64,000 bases of DNA from contig CM074815.1 in the NCBI GenBank assembly GCA_037447605.1, positions 1,488,001-1,552,000 on the forward strand, written 5' to 3'. This DNA is from Zygnema circumcarinatum SAG 698-1b (taxonomy: Eukaryota; Plantae; Zygnematophyceae). Of this stretch, positions 1-21,458 are shown in pieces (position 1 is the first letter of the stretch; the number at the start of each line of letters is the position of its first letter). The notes under the pieces were generated by a model. The model searched no databases. It was given only the letters and a program-made list of their open reading frames with translations, and had not been told where the DNA came from. The translations under genes and the position numbers were made by a program.

Positions 1-240
1 GCTGCTGCATGCGCCCCCACAACAGTGAAAGGAATCATTTCCTGACCTAAAAAAAGTAGGTTTTCTACGCTAGGTTACTCACGCTTCGACCGCTTTATAC
101 TCTCTGATCAGGAAATTCCAAGGCCCGACCACAATCAATGTGGGGCGAACAAGTACAATGCCCATTACAACCAGCAACCCTCCCCCTCGCATGTCATGCA
201 TGCAATACGGAAGGTGGCAGAAGAGTGAGGCGATCACTCC

Positions 241-3200
241 TTACCGTGTCAAAACTCCTGCAGGCAAAACTCCGGGTGCTCTGGGCGGTAAAGGAGCTCC
301 GGAAGGACTACTGGTAGCCCCTGGTGGAGGCAACTGCTGGGGAGAGTCTGAGCCAATCATTTCTGCCACTTCTTGCAGTCCCTGTATCAGCTGCAAGTGG
401 ACACGCCCGAACAGTTTTCAATACGTTAGTTCTTTGCATTAGTCGCCCGGAACTATCGAGTCTGCTTCGAACTCATTATTTGACCAGTCGGGCAGCTCAA
501 GTTGCGGCTACAATTCAATCAACTTGGCCTGCTTTGTTTATTATTCAATGTGAGGTGGTTGGAAAATGTCAGTTGAGCGAATCCGTTCAATAGGGGCATC
601 AAATGACATACTTTAAGCCCCTGAGGTGCTGAATTCGATGGAAAAGAAAGAGATCGGGCAGCCGTTCCTCTTGAGTAGGCATGCAATCCCTGCAGCCCAT
701 AGATGCTAAGCAGGAAATTAGGAGGAGAAAGGACATGCATCGAAGATTCCACGCATTAATCGGAGGAACACCGTGACAAACGAAAAACTGCAATAACGTA
801 ACTTTCCAACACAGGACTCATCTCTCCAGAATAATTTGAAAGGAAGTAGGGTCATACCACCGACCTGAATAAGTTCTGTATGCTGTTGATGCCCACCTTG
901 TGCTTCAATAGCAAACCGGCAGAGCAACATGATGCCATGATTTGCGATATGCTGCACATGCATTTCCAGTAAAGTAATGGTCAAGGCACATTGCCAATAC
1001 TGTTCAGTTCAGCACCCGCACCTCAATGCTGTTGCTACTTCCCACTGCCAGCAACCCCTGCAGCCTGCTGTCTGAAAAAGGAAGGGAACCAAGATTTCAA
1101 ACCCTTCCTAGGTCTATATTGCAGCTCAAGCCGAGTGACTTCGAAAGGTCCACAGCGTCGGGCACGGTACAAACAACACTTCGGATGCATCGTCGGTCAG
1201 AAAATCTGGGGGTGACTAGACCGAAGAGCGCGTGTGCAGAGGAATTAATACCGTTCCTAACCAAGTGACCTTATGCGTTTTCTGGTGCTTTCACCCTTTG
1301 AGTCCGCTGGATAGATATGGCAAGAAAACAGTTCACTACCTGCTGGTTTCCAATCGTCTCCAGCTGATCCTTCTGCAACCACCAGGACAACGACAAAACC
1401 TTAGAATATTCATAATTCCGAGTTAATAAAGCCAATACATGCTGCTCTAGTGCCTGACCGGGAGCTGCAATACAACTAACATACATGGACAGGAGATATC
1501 ACATAAAAGGACCTACAATACCTCTCTACAGCTTAATGCCAAACGTCCAAAGGCAAAGCAGCTGAAAACGATCGTGAAGTCAGCAGAGAAGGTTTTCTAA
1601 CTCCACATAATGTGCAGACAAAACCTGAGCCGAAAGCTGACAAAAACATGTCCTAACTATCAAGGGTGGCTTACGATAGGCCTCCAAGGCACAGGTTCAA
1701 AAAGGAAGGTGTGCTTGTAATGGATATAAGGCGTCTAAGATACCCACCACATTCCCAATATCCTGCTGCACTGAATTCACATCTAGGCACAGTCGACCAA
1801 CGTTGTTCCTTGTTTCCACAATCTGCACACCAACCACCAAAAAGTGAGTAATCAAACACATCCTTAAACATAATCTGGAGAAGTAGGTTAGTCAACCCTC
1901 TCGATTTCCTTACGAAAGTACAAAACCATATCCTTCAGCGTTGCTGCTAAGCCGAAACTGGAATGTTTTAATTGTTGATTGGTTCGGATATGAAAAACAG
2001 AAGGAAGACCAGTGAGTTTCAGCACGAACTGTACCTCATCCTTGACGAAAGTTATAACTTCAGTATTATCATTCACAGCTTTAACAACTCCATCCAACCG
2101 TCCAGTGAGCTGTCGCTTTGTTGCCTGCAGTTCCAAATCCGCCAGTAAATCGACACTACTTACAATTTGCAACTCTACAATACAGGCACGCGCCTTGAAC
2201 CTTGTGATCTGCGCGTTTCACTTTGATTGCGAAGAACTAATTCCAATCCACATTGAACTCGGGAGGCAAAGGTGTAACTACTTACAACATCATTTAATAA
2301 ACCATCTACCTACCAATGTAATAGTCCTTTACCAACTTCTTGGAAGGGGATCGACCAGCTCCCTACACTGCAACTATAACTCCCAGTCTCTCCACCGTGT
2401 GATTCAGTATTAAATACATGATACATTGTCTAGTTGACATCTAGCCCACCTACCACTGCCATCACTCCGTTCTTTCATCATGGGAAAAATACTCACTGCG
2501 AGAGCGGCAGTCAAACCTTCCATCTGCTTCGTAACATTTGTCACCATGTTTGACATGTTTTTCTTGGTGACATACATAAGGTCTCCAAGAGATAAACCCT
2601 GAGATATTACCAACAAAGCCCCTCCCTCGCCATTAACTAGGGTGCAAACATCGGTAATCTAATGCACAGAAAGAAGTCACTCAACAAAAGCATCTGTTGA
2701 ATGGCGAGGAGCCGCAAGAAGAGTGCAGCATGCAGCTGTGCAGAAAGGCAGAACCATTAATAAAGATGTGGATAATGCTAGCAGAGAAACACTCTGTACT
2801 TCACCTGATGCTACGGCGAGTGATAAGTTGAATAAAAAGCATGCACCTGCTTTAGCGAGAGCTGCGGTTCTTAATGCACTCCGTTAACTTGCTGCCAACG
2901 ATCTTGGTGTTCATTTCAGACTCCAGACGAACTCACCTTCCACCACATATATCCATAACCGGCGGCGCCAACGACAGCGACGGGAACGATAAGGGACAAA
3001 ACGCCACCACCTGTTCATTCCCCTTTCCAAACAACTTAGTCATTAGGTTGTCTAAGGCGGTCCCAGTCAAGAACCTATCCCTCACTTGACAGCCTCCAGA
3101 ATGAGGGGAAAGTGCATAGATAACGGATAGAGGACCACTGACCTCTACTCGGGTTGGAATTGACAACTATCGGCCTTGAAGATGTTGACGCCAACTGCCT

Positions 3201-4032
3201 TAACTCCTGTGTAAGCCTCCGAACCTGCAAACAAGTAAGAAAGAAAAATCAGGGATTAGTCAAATCTATGAAAAACAGGTGAAAAGCAAGTTACAGAAGT
3301 AGCCATGAGCTGGGATTCGATCAACTACGGTTTTTTTAACCTAAAATTATGTGTCGAGTCGGAATGGTGACTTAGGTCTGATATCACTTCCTCGATGAAC
3401 CGAGTAAAGAAGCTGCTGACCTGAGCAGTAAGGGCAGCAGTCGTGCTATCGAGTTCACCTCCACTCTGCTCGTCTCCCTTGCTCTCCTTAAGATGCTTGG
3501 TCAAGACCTGCATCTCCGATCATACCCTGAGCTAGCATCGTGTAAAAGCTTAAACCAAGCCTACACTGCGCTTCAAAAACAATTTTGCATGGCTCAATAA
3601 AACCCTATTTTATATATATATCCTGCATATCAGCAAAGGAGAAGTGGAGGAGCTACAGCTGCTACAAAAGCACAGAGAAATCCAGGGCAACATAGAAAGG
3701 AATGCAGTTCAAAGTCTCTATCCAAGTCTCACCTTCGTTAAATCTGCAAGAAGCTCTGATATCTGGGAGTTGTTCAGAAGGTAAGAACCAGTGAGTCCTG
3801 TATGCGACCGAACGGCAAAGCCCAGTCAGCACAGCTCTGCAGCGATTCTTCACCAGACCCTCGCTAATCTCAACCTCCTGACACTCATCTTCCCTGTAAC
3901 GCTCCGCATTCATCGCAAATGACAAATGAATGTCAGAATCAGCTTAAACCTGCAGCGTGCCGGGAGGTTAGCATCAGCACCTGCGCCCAAGATGAAGAGC
4001 AGCTTGCCGCCGCCCGCCTGAATCATGGCCAT
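241..4032 (-). CDS. DUF1664 family protein, 12 exons, about 324 aa
   Basis: Phase-consistent GT-AG exons: 4032-3981, 3797-3733, 3507-3421, 3224-3143, 3010-2937, 2598-2497, 2124-2035, 1822-1748, 1372-1340, 951-865, 689-612, 390-241. Translation MAMIQAGGGKLLFILGAGLTGSYLL...GAAGYGYMWWKGLSLGDLMYVTKKNMSNMV...ATKRQLTGRLD...IANHGIMLLCRFA matches plant DUF1664 motifs as I recall them. Confidence 0.88.
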
Positions 4033-5149
4033 GGCTGCGCCAGCCCTCCTGGAGACGCGAGCTCAGCGCTGGAAGGAGGGAGGGAGGGCAAACGCCGCCT
4101 CTGTCCTGCTCCGCTGGCCCCAAGAGCGCGGCTCTATGCACCTTGTTCAAAGGCCACAGTTGTAACGGAACTGGTGGCAAAGATCCTCACCCCGTCACAT
4201 GACGCGTATGCCCTTTCCATGCGCGCACTGGCCGTTGAACTACATGGAACGCATAATTTGTGCATGCGGCCCATGGTTTATCGTTTGGGCGCTTTGGCGG
4301 CCACTCTCCTAGTGTGCAAAAAGAACATCAAAGTCTTGTTGTTGACTTTGAAAAGATGAATACGTTGGCATTGGCCTCATGGGGGGGGGATGTATGTCAT
4401 GCCATGCACATGCACAAAGGCAACATGGGGAACCACGTGGAATAGGTCACGAAGGGCCTAAGGACGGGAGGAAAGAGCTCTACTTCGAAAAGCCTCCTGG
4501 CGTAGCTTTGTTGACGAATTGTTGCTTTGACAAAAGGTCAAGTGGGGAGCCATGAAAGCTCGTATTGTTGGAAGGGGACTATCCGTTGTGCGCCTTAATA
4601 GCCTTGAAGCTCAAGATCAGGCCCTTGGATGCATGAAGCTGAAGGGGGGGGGCAGAGGGCCGCCTCTCCATTGTAGTATGGGATTCATTATCAGCACAAA
4701 AATACCGCAAAACAGAAACGAACGCGAATATTTGAAAGAATTTTATACAGTTCAACTTCAATCGCTGTCCCAGAATCGTTCAATTATTCTATAATAAATT
4801 CATTATTTATAACATCTCGCAGAGAATGGAGCATGGCTTTTCCTTTCTCGAGATGGCGAGGCTACCCCTATCCCATACCCTATAGCTGATCCTTAGAATC
4901 CTTAGAAGATCTTTAGAAGAGCCAGGCCTCGCTGCGCGGCCTGAAAGCATGAACCGAGAACAGGTGGTCCCTCCCTCCCTCCCTCCCCCCTACCTCCCTC
5001 CCTCCCGCGCATGTTCCTGCCTCTCATACTCTCAAGGCCCCGCCCGCAGCTCATCTGAGACCCGCCTCTCTGCACACTCACTGACTGACTCACAGGCCCA
5101 AAGGTAAAGTGGGTCTGCCCAGATCAAAGCAGAGAGAGAGTGTGTGTGT

Positions 5150-5679
<530 letters not shown>

Positions 5680-5682
5680 CTG

Positions 5683-13712
<8,030 letters not shown>

Positions 13713-14788
13713 GCGGGCGGGGAGAGAGGGAGAGAGGAGAGAGAAGAAAGAGAAGAGAGAAGGAAGAGAGAGGGGAGAGAGAAGCGAGAGGGATTCTTGG
13801 AGAGGGGGGGGGAGGGATGGAGGGAGGGAGGGAGGGAGGAAGGGAGGGAGGAAGGGAGGGAGGGAGGGAGGGAGGGAGGGAGAGCGGGATCGAGAGACCG
13901 AGAGTGGGAGTGAGAGAACGAGGTGGGGCGGGCACAAGGCCGCCGCCGACGCCGAGGCGCTGGCCCTTTCGGCCAATCGCTGCCTGCCACGTGGACACGA
14001 TGAGCCGGGCAGCTGGAGAATACCGACACGGATCGCCTCGTGAGGCGGCAGGTACGGACAAATTAAGCCGTACACCATCTTGTCGCATTAACGTGCACTG
14101 GTGTGGTGTTGCTCGCGACGACTTTATTATATTTTTATTTAGGAGGTTGCAGCCGACAATGACGATCCACTAAGGGATCGCCACGGTGGACAGATGTGGA
14201 CACGTGGCAATTCATACGTGTAAATCCGAATGAAAACGCCAATAATTGTTAATTGCCGCCCGACGGACCCGCGGGCTGCTGCCTACTTGGGACCGAATCA
14301 ACTGTGTACGATAGTTTTGGCGTTTAGCGGTATCCCGACGCCCCGAGGCCGGTAAGCTTCTGTTAGTTGATGGCCGCCAGCCAAGGGCCGTACACCCACT
14401 TTTGGACGGCGGCAATCGCAAGGGTACAAGGCCGTCGGTGCTTGCCCGCCGTCGATTGTGGGGATCGGTCACACCTGTGGCGAGAAATTTGGTAGGACAG
14501 TGAAGGAGGCCGTACGGTGGTGGTTGTTGTTGTTCGTGCTCTCTAGGGATGGATATTGGAACGCCGTATTAGAACGTGTATTTGAATTCGAATGAAAGGC
14601 GTAGAGTCAGGTCGTTTTATAAAACACTTTTGGAACGGCTGTACAGTGGTACGGTCGTTTGGTTGTACGGTAACCACTCGGACGCGAGCGCCAATTCTCT
14701 AAACCTTACGATCGTACGTGTCGTTCAATTTTCAACTCTCGTACGAATATAGTAAAAGTGTTTTAAAACTCTGAAACTGTTAAAAATT

Positions 14789-15547
14789 GGGTAGTGATAT
14801 TTCCACCCCTTTTTTGGATCCAAACACCCCTTCCCGGCCGGGCAGATTTNNNNNNNNNNGAAAGATCCGTCTGCCACGAGATCGTTCGCGGGTGTCCGTC
14901 CTTCACACGTGTGTGTCAATCGCAACTGTCGATTCCCTCACAGATCGCACCACTGCAGATTACCGTTCGATCTGCAGCCGGGCTCGATCTTAGCGAATGG
15001 AAAGCGCCCACGAGTCCCGTCAAAGCCGGATCGTACGTGCGAGTGCGCGCGTCCATCGGCGAGATCTCGTCATTGTTAGATCCCAGCCAATCAACAGCTG
15101 CCACGTGTGACATTTTTGACGTGGAAAATTTTGATTGGTCCAAGCTCTCAATGTACGAAATTTTGGTTCCTCAAAGTTGCGACCGTACGATATTTGTACG
15201 GACAAACTGTCGAGGCGACTTTGGCGGGATACGTGGGCTCGTGCCATTCGCTGTGACCGAGCCCGGCTGCAGATCAAATAGTGATCTGTCGTGTTGGGAT
15301 TTGCGAGGGAATCGACGGCTGTGATTGACCGCACGCGTGAAAAGAAATTCAGGTAGGCGGGATATTCAAAATGGGGTGACGGGTTATCATTTTCCTTGTT
15401 TCGCAAAAATAAAATCTGCCGATGGAGGGTGGGTATCGATTCCAAAAAGGTGTGAAAAAAGCATTTTCCGTTGTTAATCCTTTTTGAAATCTGCCCGGCC
15501 GGGAAGGGGTGTTTGGATCCAAAAAAGGGGTGGAAATATCACTACCC
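14789..15547. mobile_element. Non-autonomous foldback / MULE-like DNA transposon (long TIRs, 8-bp TSD TAAAAATT)
   Basis: Left end GGGTAGTGATATTTCCACCCC...CCCGGCCGGGCAGATTT is the reverse complement of the right end (about 15488-15547). Inner arms 14915-15015 and 15230-15330 are also inverted. TAAAAATT flanks both sides (14781-14788 and 15548-15555). Contains an N gap. Confidence 0.85.
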
Positions 15548-16349
15548 TAAAAATTAGTACGTTCCAATTCTGAAATCCAAACCTCAGTCCCTCGTAGGTC
15601 TTTTCCCAATCCCTATCCGTCTACCAGACTGTACGGACGGCCCAGGGGGGGGCCCACAGAAGACCGGGTCTTTGCGCCCACCGGATCCCGCGGATCCTCC
15701 CGCCACGTGGCCCTCTGACCTGAGGCCTTTATTTCCGAGAACGTGCGCGAACTGTCGGATCGTCTAACAGCACAGCGCAGAATCCAGAATCGGACGGCGG
15801 AGGCGGCGCCAAAAGATCGCTCTTTAAGGATGCCCGACGAAGGACCTCGGCGGCAGGCTTGTCGTTTGCTAAGAGCAAAAAAAAATATCGTGTATATCTC
15901 CTGCGTATCGTATTTGACCGACAGTTCTCGCCGGCGCCGGCAAACTATACTGAGTGCATTCCGTCGGCCGGCAAAGGTGCGCTGACGGCCCCCTCCCTCC
16001 CTGTACGGCAGCCGGCACCGGCGAGCTCTGGCCGTCACAGCCGATACGCCGCGCGGTAGCCGCGATATTCCGATATATCCTTACGTTCCGAAAACGACAA
16101 ACGTTGCCGCCGACGTACAACCTCCGGGCCATCGGCGGCCCGCGATTGGTTCTCGCACGGCTGCTTGTCGCCACGTCGTGACGTACGGACATCCTTGCTG
16201 CTTCTTCGGAAGGTTCGTGGCCCCGCGGGTGCGTGAGCCGCCCGCAGGTCCGGCCATGGCTTCTGGGCGGCAACCCGCCGCCGTTCGGCCGGAATCGGGT
16301 GTGACGCCCAACACGACAAAACACAGTCCTCGCCCACCAACGCGGGGCC

Positions 16350-16720
16350 GCCCGGAACAGTACAGTACGGATCCTGGAAACTACAGTACAGTAGACCCCC
16401 CCAATATTTTCGCCATGGTTTCGGCAAATATTGGGCGAAAATATTGGGTAGCGAAAATATAAGGGTCCGTGTTAACAATAGGCGGGCGGTATTCTGTTAG
16501 AGTTGCTGTGTGACCGTACGTGTCGTATCGTATTGTATCGTATGGAAACCAAGAAGATACGAGGAGAGGAGCGAGCGCCTCTTACGGCGGCACGTGCGGG
16601 AAGAGTCGGTGAGCCCGTAACGGCTAGTACAACTAGTACGGCTAGTAAGGCTAGTACAGTACGGCAAATACGAATAGTACGGCTAGTAAGGCTAGTACAG
16701 TACGGCTAATACGGCTAGTA
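16350..16720 (+). repeat. Dispersed repeat unit rich in GTACGGCTAGTA / TATCG motifs; a diverged inverted copy lies at about 26060-26114 plus 27063-27480
   Basis: GAGCGCCTCTTACGGCGGCACGTGCGGG...CCCGTAACGGCTAGTAC and the GGTCCGTGTT..CAATAGGCG segment recur in reverse complement at 27090-27480. Confidence 0.75.
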
Positions 16721-16928
16721 CCAGGCCTCTTCAAATAGGGGAGATCCCCTAAATATCGTAAATAGCTTATTTATGTAAGATTTTGAGATTAGTTTACGTG
16801 ATTTCAACTTAAATACCACACAAGCCCCAAAAAAGCATTTTTTTGGTTAAAAACAAAAAGGAAATGAATTGCATTTGCCAGCCAACCTCGCCCCTATATG
16901 CTTCCCCTGTTGAACCTCNNNNNNNNNN

Positions 16929-19293
16929 AGGGTTTCGCTTGTTTATGTAGGATAACCACATTAGACTACTATATACCCGTGACTTACTCTGTGCCTGCTC
17001 GTGTTGCTGGGCTGCCCTGCTTGTGTCGCAAGGTAGTGAGTAAGGGGAGAAGTAGCTAGTGAGAGGGGGAGAACTTCATGTGGGTGACATTCTTATTATA
17101 AAGGAGTTTTAGAGCCGTGAGCTTTCTCCTACACTTTCTCGTGTGTGATTTCCGCTGTGCTCATCTCTGTGTTCATTCTGTGAGTTATGGGCTATGAGTG
17201 AAGTGAGATAGAGTGAGAGAAAGTGAAGATGTCTTCATCGGTGGGAACCGGAGTTCCAATGGAGGGCGACACGCGAGGTGGCGCCGGGAGCAGCGAGCAG
17301 ACCCACGCTCCAACAGATTTGACACGTGCCGGTGTCACTTACATTTGGACGCCTAAATGCCAGAGGGCCTTTGAGGGTGTTAAACATGCCTTAGTCACCG
17401 CACCTACATTGGTGTTGGCAGACCCTACCAAACCATATGAGGTGGTTTGTGATGCGTCCGGATTCGCTCTGGGAGCCGTCCTATTTCAGGATGGGCGACC
17501 TCTTGCGTACGAAAGTCGTAAGATGAACCCAGCCGAACGCAATTATTCTGCAACTGAGCAAGAGCTCCTTGCAGTAATCCACGCCTTGAGGACATGGCGG
17601 TGTTATTTAGAGGGGGCGAAAGCGGTTACGCTTGTCACGGATCATCGGCCGTTGACATTTCTTTCCTCTCAACAGACATTGACTAGGCGGCAGGCACGCT
17701 GGTCCGAGTTCCTTCAACGATTTGACTGTCAGTGGGTCTATCGACCAGGGAGGTTGAATGTGGCGGATCCATTGAGCAGGCAGTCGCGACATCTAGCCTG
17801 GATGGTGCATTCGTCGACTCGGGTGATGGAGGAACGAAGCGGTCGAGATGAAGGGCCGGCCAACCCTGATTTTCCCTTCCCGGTATGTCTAGCCATAAAC
17901 CACCCCACCAGTCGGACAGTCGACCCTCCTGCTCTCTCTGATCTCAAACGGATGATTCAAGAGGGCTATATTGGTGATCCCTTGTTCTTGGATGGCCAGG
18001 GTAGTGGCTATAAGGACAAAGTGGTGCTCTCAACAGATGGGTTTTGGTATCACGAGACGCAATTAGTCGTGCCCAAGACCGGGGTTGTACGGCAACTCAT
18101 TCTGAGTGAGTTGCATGATCCGCCGTACAGAGGTCATATGGGAATTGCCAAGACTCGTGAGNNNNNNNNNNCTACACCAGTGGAGATTGAAGGCGACCTT
18201 GAGTATGAGGTTGAAGCCATTCAAACCCACCGAACAGTGCGAAAGGGTCGCAGATCCCATCACGAGTATCTCGTGAAGTGGTTGGGCTATGGGGTTGAAC
18301 ATAGTACTTGGGAGAAAGAAGGCAACTTGACCAATTGCCAGGAGCTCCTTGATTTGTATTGGGAGGCGCGGGCCGCCGGAGCGCGGGCGAGGGCTGAACG
18401 GGGGGTTCCTGGGCAGTCTTCGCGCAACTCGGACGGGGACTTGACCGGGATTATCGCTGAGCCCTCCCGTACGTCACGCAGAGTTCGACGCGTGTCGTCG
18501 AAACTGCGAGCTGCTTTGACTTGATTTACCCTCGTGAACGAGGACGTTCACACTTCGCATTGGGGGAGTAATGTAGCGAACTGAACGCTACAGACACCAC
18601 GGTGCCGCCGGCATCCTGAGGATCTCCGTACGGTTTGGCCGTACAAGCCTATCCGTACAGTCGTACGGTATAGCCGTACGGATCCGTACCACCCGTACGG
18701 GCGGTACGGACTGACGGCGATTCTGCGGCGTCGCGCGTCGCGTTCGAGATCGGAACGCGACCACGACCGCCGGTCGCTATACGGAGTGACGTGTCACGGT
18801 CACACATTGGGAATGCTGGTGACCGTGACCGGCCTCTCATACAACTGGCATTGGACCAGCCGATTGGCCACGTGGCATAGCGCCATTGGCTAGCCCTGCT
18901 CCCGGTCCCTTACGCTGGTAAAGGGTTCGACGGGGGGAGCGTATAAGGGGCGTGGGANNNNNNNNNNTCTGTCAGACTTAGCCGTGCGCCGCTGCACGAC
19001 GGCGCGCCGCGACGCGACGCGCCCCGTGAGATGCGGCGAGACCACGGGCTTGTCCTCAGCCGATAACTCGGCTAAGGATCACCGCCACGCGGCGGGCTCT
19101 GATTGGGCAGTCCCGCTCCCGGTCCTCCATGCTGGTAGGGGGTTCGAAGGGGGGAGCTTAAGGGGGCTGCGCCCGGATGGGAGACCATCCGAGCTCTTTG
19201 TACCAGCATTGAGCTCACGCTCCTCTCTCTCTCTCTCTTCCTCTCCTGACACTTAGACTCTCAAAGCAGCCTGCCAGGGGGCAGGGTGTTACA
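16929..19293 (+). mobile_element. Ty3/gypsy chromovirus LTR retrotransposon, internally deleted and gapped
   Basis: pol-derived ORF, then an AGGA stem-loop (18534-18551), PPT TTGGGGGAGTAA (18560-18571) and an LTR starting TGTAGCG at 18572 and ending GGGTGTTACA at 19293 (N gap inside the LTR). Confidence 0.88.
17229..18524 (+). CDS. Retrotransposon pol remnant: RT connection/RNase H, integrase Zn-binding start, gap, chromodomain
   Basis: TDLTRAGVTYIWTPKCQRAF; VVCDASGFALGAVL; ESRKMNPAERNYSATEQELLAVIHAL; TDHRPL; NVADPLSR; ELHDPPYRGHMG; YEVEAIQTH...EYLVKWLGYGVEHSTWE. Frame continuity across the N gap is not verifiable. Confidence 0.9.
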   Translation: MSSSVGTGVPMEGDTRGGAGSSEQTHAPTDLTRAGVTYIWTPKCQRAFEGVKHALVTAPTLVLADPTKPYEVVCDASGFALGAVLFQDGRPLAYESRKMNPAERNYSATEQELLAVIHALRTWRCYLEGAKAVTLVTDHRPLTFLSSQQTLTRRQARWSEFLQRFDCQWVYRPGRLNVADPLSRQSRHLAWMVHSSTRVMEERSGRDEGPANPDFPFPVCLAINHPTSRTVDPPALSDLKRMIQEGYIGDPLFLDGQGSGYKDKVVLSTDGFWYHETQLVVPKTGVVRQLILSELHDPPYRGHMGIAKTREXXXXTPVEIEGDLEYEVEAIQTHRTVRKGRRSHHEYLVKWLGYGVEHSTWEKEGNLTNCQELLDLYWEARAAGARARAERGVPGQSSRNSDGDLTGIIAEPSRTSRRVRRVSSKLRAALT

Positions 19294-19539
19294 TCTGCCG
19301 CCCATCTGAACTCGTCGTCCGTTTGAGCGCAAATCTTCCGCCGCCCATCTGTACGCATCCGCCGCCCACGTGCGCATGTTGATTCGCGCGCGCCGTGTTG
19401 ATGTATAGGTACATCAAGGTGTTGGTACTTAGTTCCTAGCATGAATGTTGTCCAGGAGATCATGTGTTGATGTAGGGACAATGTCATGCATGAATGGTCA
19501 TGTTTGGTATAGGACCAAACATGGGGGATGCCCAAATTG

Positions 19540-20960
19540 TTAGGGCAATGTACGGAAGGTCTAGGGAAGGTCTAGGGTCGTAGATTTACGGCTTAGGCTT
19601 AGACCGTACCAAAGGGGGTGCGCTGGATGCGCATTAATTGGTCTGGAGCGCAACTGTACGGACGGCGCGCGACTGTACGGACGACGCGGAAATGTTCGGA
19701 CGCGGAGGTCTTTGGTGCGAAAGGCGGATCTGCACTAAGCGACATGATTGGTCGCGCCAGAGTGCAGATCGCGACGCAATCTCCTTGCGGGACATTTCGC
19801 ATGATTAGGTATGTCCTTTCGAAGTACGGATTTTGGTCGGTGCTGAGGCACAGCGCGGCGGAGTCAGGAGTGACGTGGCGCGACGCGGCAGATTCGAAAG
19901 TGACAAGGCGCGGCGTCAGAATGTCGGCGCAGTGAATCAGGAGTGAGGAGGCGCTGCATCAGCAGTGTCTCATGTGGAGGACAGTGGCGAATCGGAAGGC
20001 GCCACGTGTCAGATTCGGGGTAAGGCCTGTAGGGCCTAGGTCGGTGGCGACCGTAGGCTTACGGGGTCCCACATGCAGCTGAGTTAGTGAGGAGTCAGAT
20101 CGTACGGTGCAGGACGAGGATCAAGATGAGGCTGAGTTGGATCCGACGGGCTGAGGAGCTGGATCCGTGTGAGCCAAGGAGGATCCGACGGAGCACGATN
20201 NNNNNNNNNAAGATCAGGATAAGGCCCTTGCAAGGCGCTGCATGGGTGGCCGTGACATGACGGCGTCACGTGACAATGGCCGCCATAGTATATGAGGGAG
20301 CAAGCTTGGCTCCCTACTTACTCACTCATACTCACTCACTCGGAACGTTATGCTGCTCAACCTTCGTGTTAGGAAGAGTAGGCAGAGGCTGAGGCCTTGA
20401 GGAGTCCGGCCTTGTGTAGGGGGTCGTGAAAGAACTGTCTCTCATCATGGTTAACTCTAGTGAAAGAGTTAGAGATGTGTCCCTCTCGTGTTGAGGTAGA
20501 GGAGAAGTTCAAGCAAGCATATAGTGCTTAGCTACTGCAGTTGGGGTGTAAGCTGCCTATCAGTGGATAGGGTAGTGCTCATGAGAGGAGGAGAATCGGG
20601 CATAAGGTTATATGTAGATTTCCTAAGAGAGCTTGTATTACACCTATGAATGTTAAGGAGTTTTAGGGCCGAGGGCTTTCTCCTTATACTTGTGTCATTT
20701 GTCACATGTGAGTCCTTGTGTTGGATTGGAGTGATGAATGGGTGGAGGCGACCATTGTATGGGCGGTGTGTCGCATCACACGTGGAGACCATTGGAGGAG
20801 CGTGGAGCTGAAGGAGCCGAGACCATGGAGGAGATGAAGAAGTGTTCTTGTAGGTGGCGCAATCCGCTGTGCGCACCTGGTGAGGGGAGGAAGAGAAGGC
20901 ATACTGTGGCGGATGCGGTATGTGGCCTAAGTAGAAGTGGAAGAGGTTTTGGAGTTTCAC
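19540..20960 (+). mobile_element. Further LTR/leader-like retrotransposon fragments
   Basis: GC-rich, non-coding and gapped. 20655-20684 matches the leader motif at 17101-17130 (27/30 identical). Confidence 0.45.
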
Positions 20961-21458
20961 TCAAGCATGTTTTATCCTTCCACTAGGTCTCTCCTTCTGC
21001 CCCCTCACACCAACACGCCGTACACATTCGCGCCGTCTGCAACGAAATCTCCGTCATCGCATTTCCGCGCCGTTCACACTTGTCCGCGTGGCTGCTGACT
21101 CGGTCTCCTCCGTAGTTGACCTCGTCAGAGTCCGCGGACCGCACTAAGGGTCTGACGCGGTTCCGCCGACATTGCCGACATTCTTCGCGCCCGAAAAGCG
21201 TACAAGCCACCGACATTTGGCCCGACCATATTTCCTAGGACTACTACTAGCAGATCTCATGTTTCCCAACTGAGGACCACAACAATGTTAGTGTGAACCC
21301 ATACAATGTCTAACTATAGTACACTAACACTAGCAGGAATTAGTTATACTTCTTATCCAGTCAGAAATTGCCACGTTGGTGCTGTAGTGTGTTTTTGGAT
21401 GTCTGTTATCGAGGTAGGTGTTGCCACGTAGCCCTAAAATGGGAAAAAAACCAAAAAA

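Noticed and set aside
4180-4900. Possible transposon-derived coding fragment upstream of DUF1664
   Set aside because: Only short interrupted frames and no recognisable motif.
14725-16709. Many 60-170 aa ORFs within the foldback and repeat region
   Set aside because: GC-rich palindromic non-coding repeats; no transposase or other motifs recognised.
16700-16720. CTAG followed by T as a Helitron 3' end
   Set aside because: No subterminal GC hairpin, and the inverted copy does not end in CTAG.
17106-17116. GTTTTAGAGC, resembling the start of a type II CRISPR repeat (variant at 20660)
   Set aside because: Only two distant copies, no spacer array and no cas genes; it lies in a retrotransposon leader.
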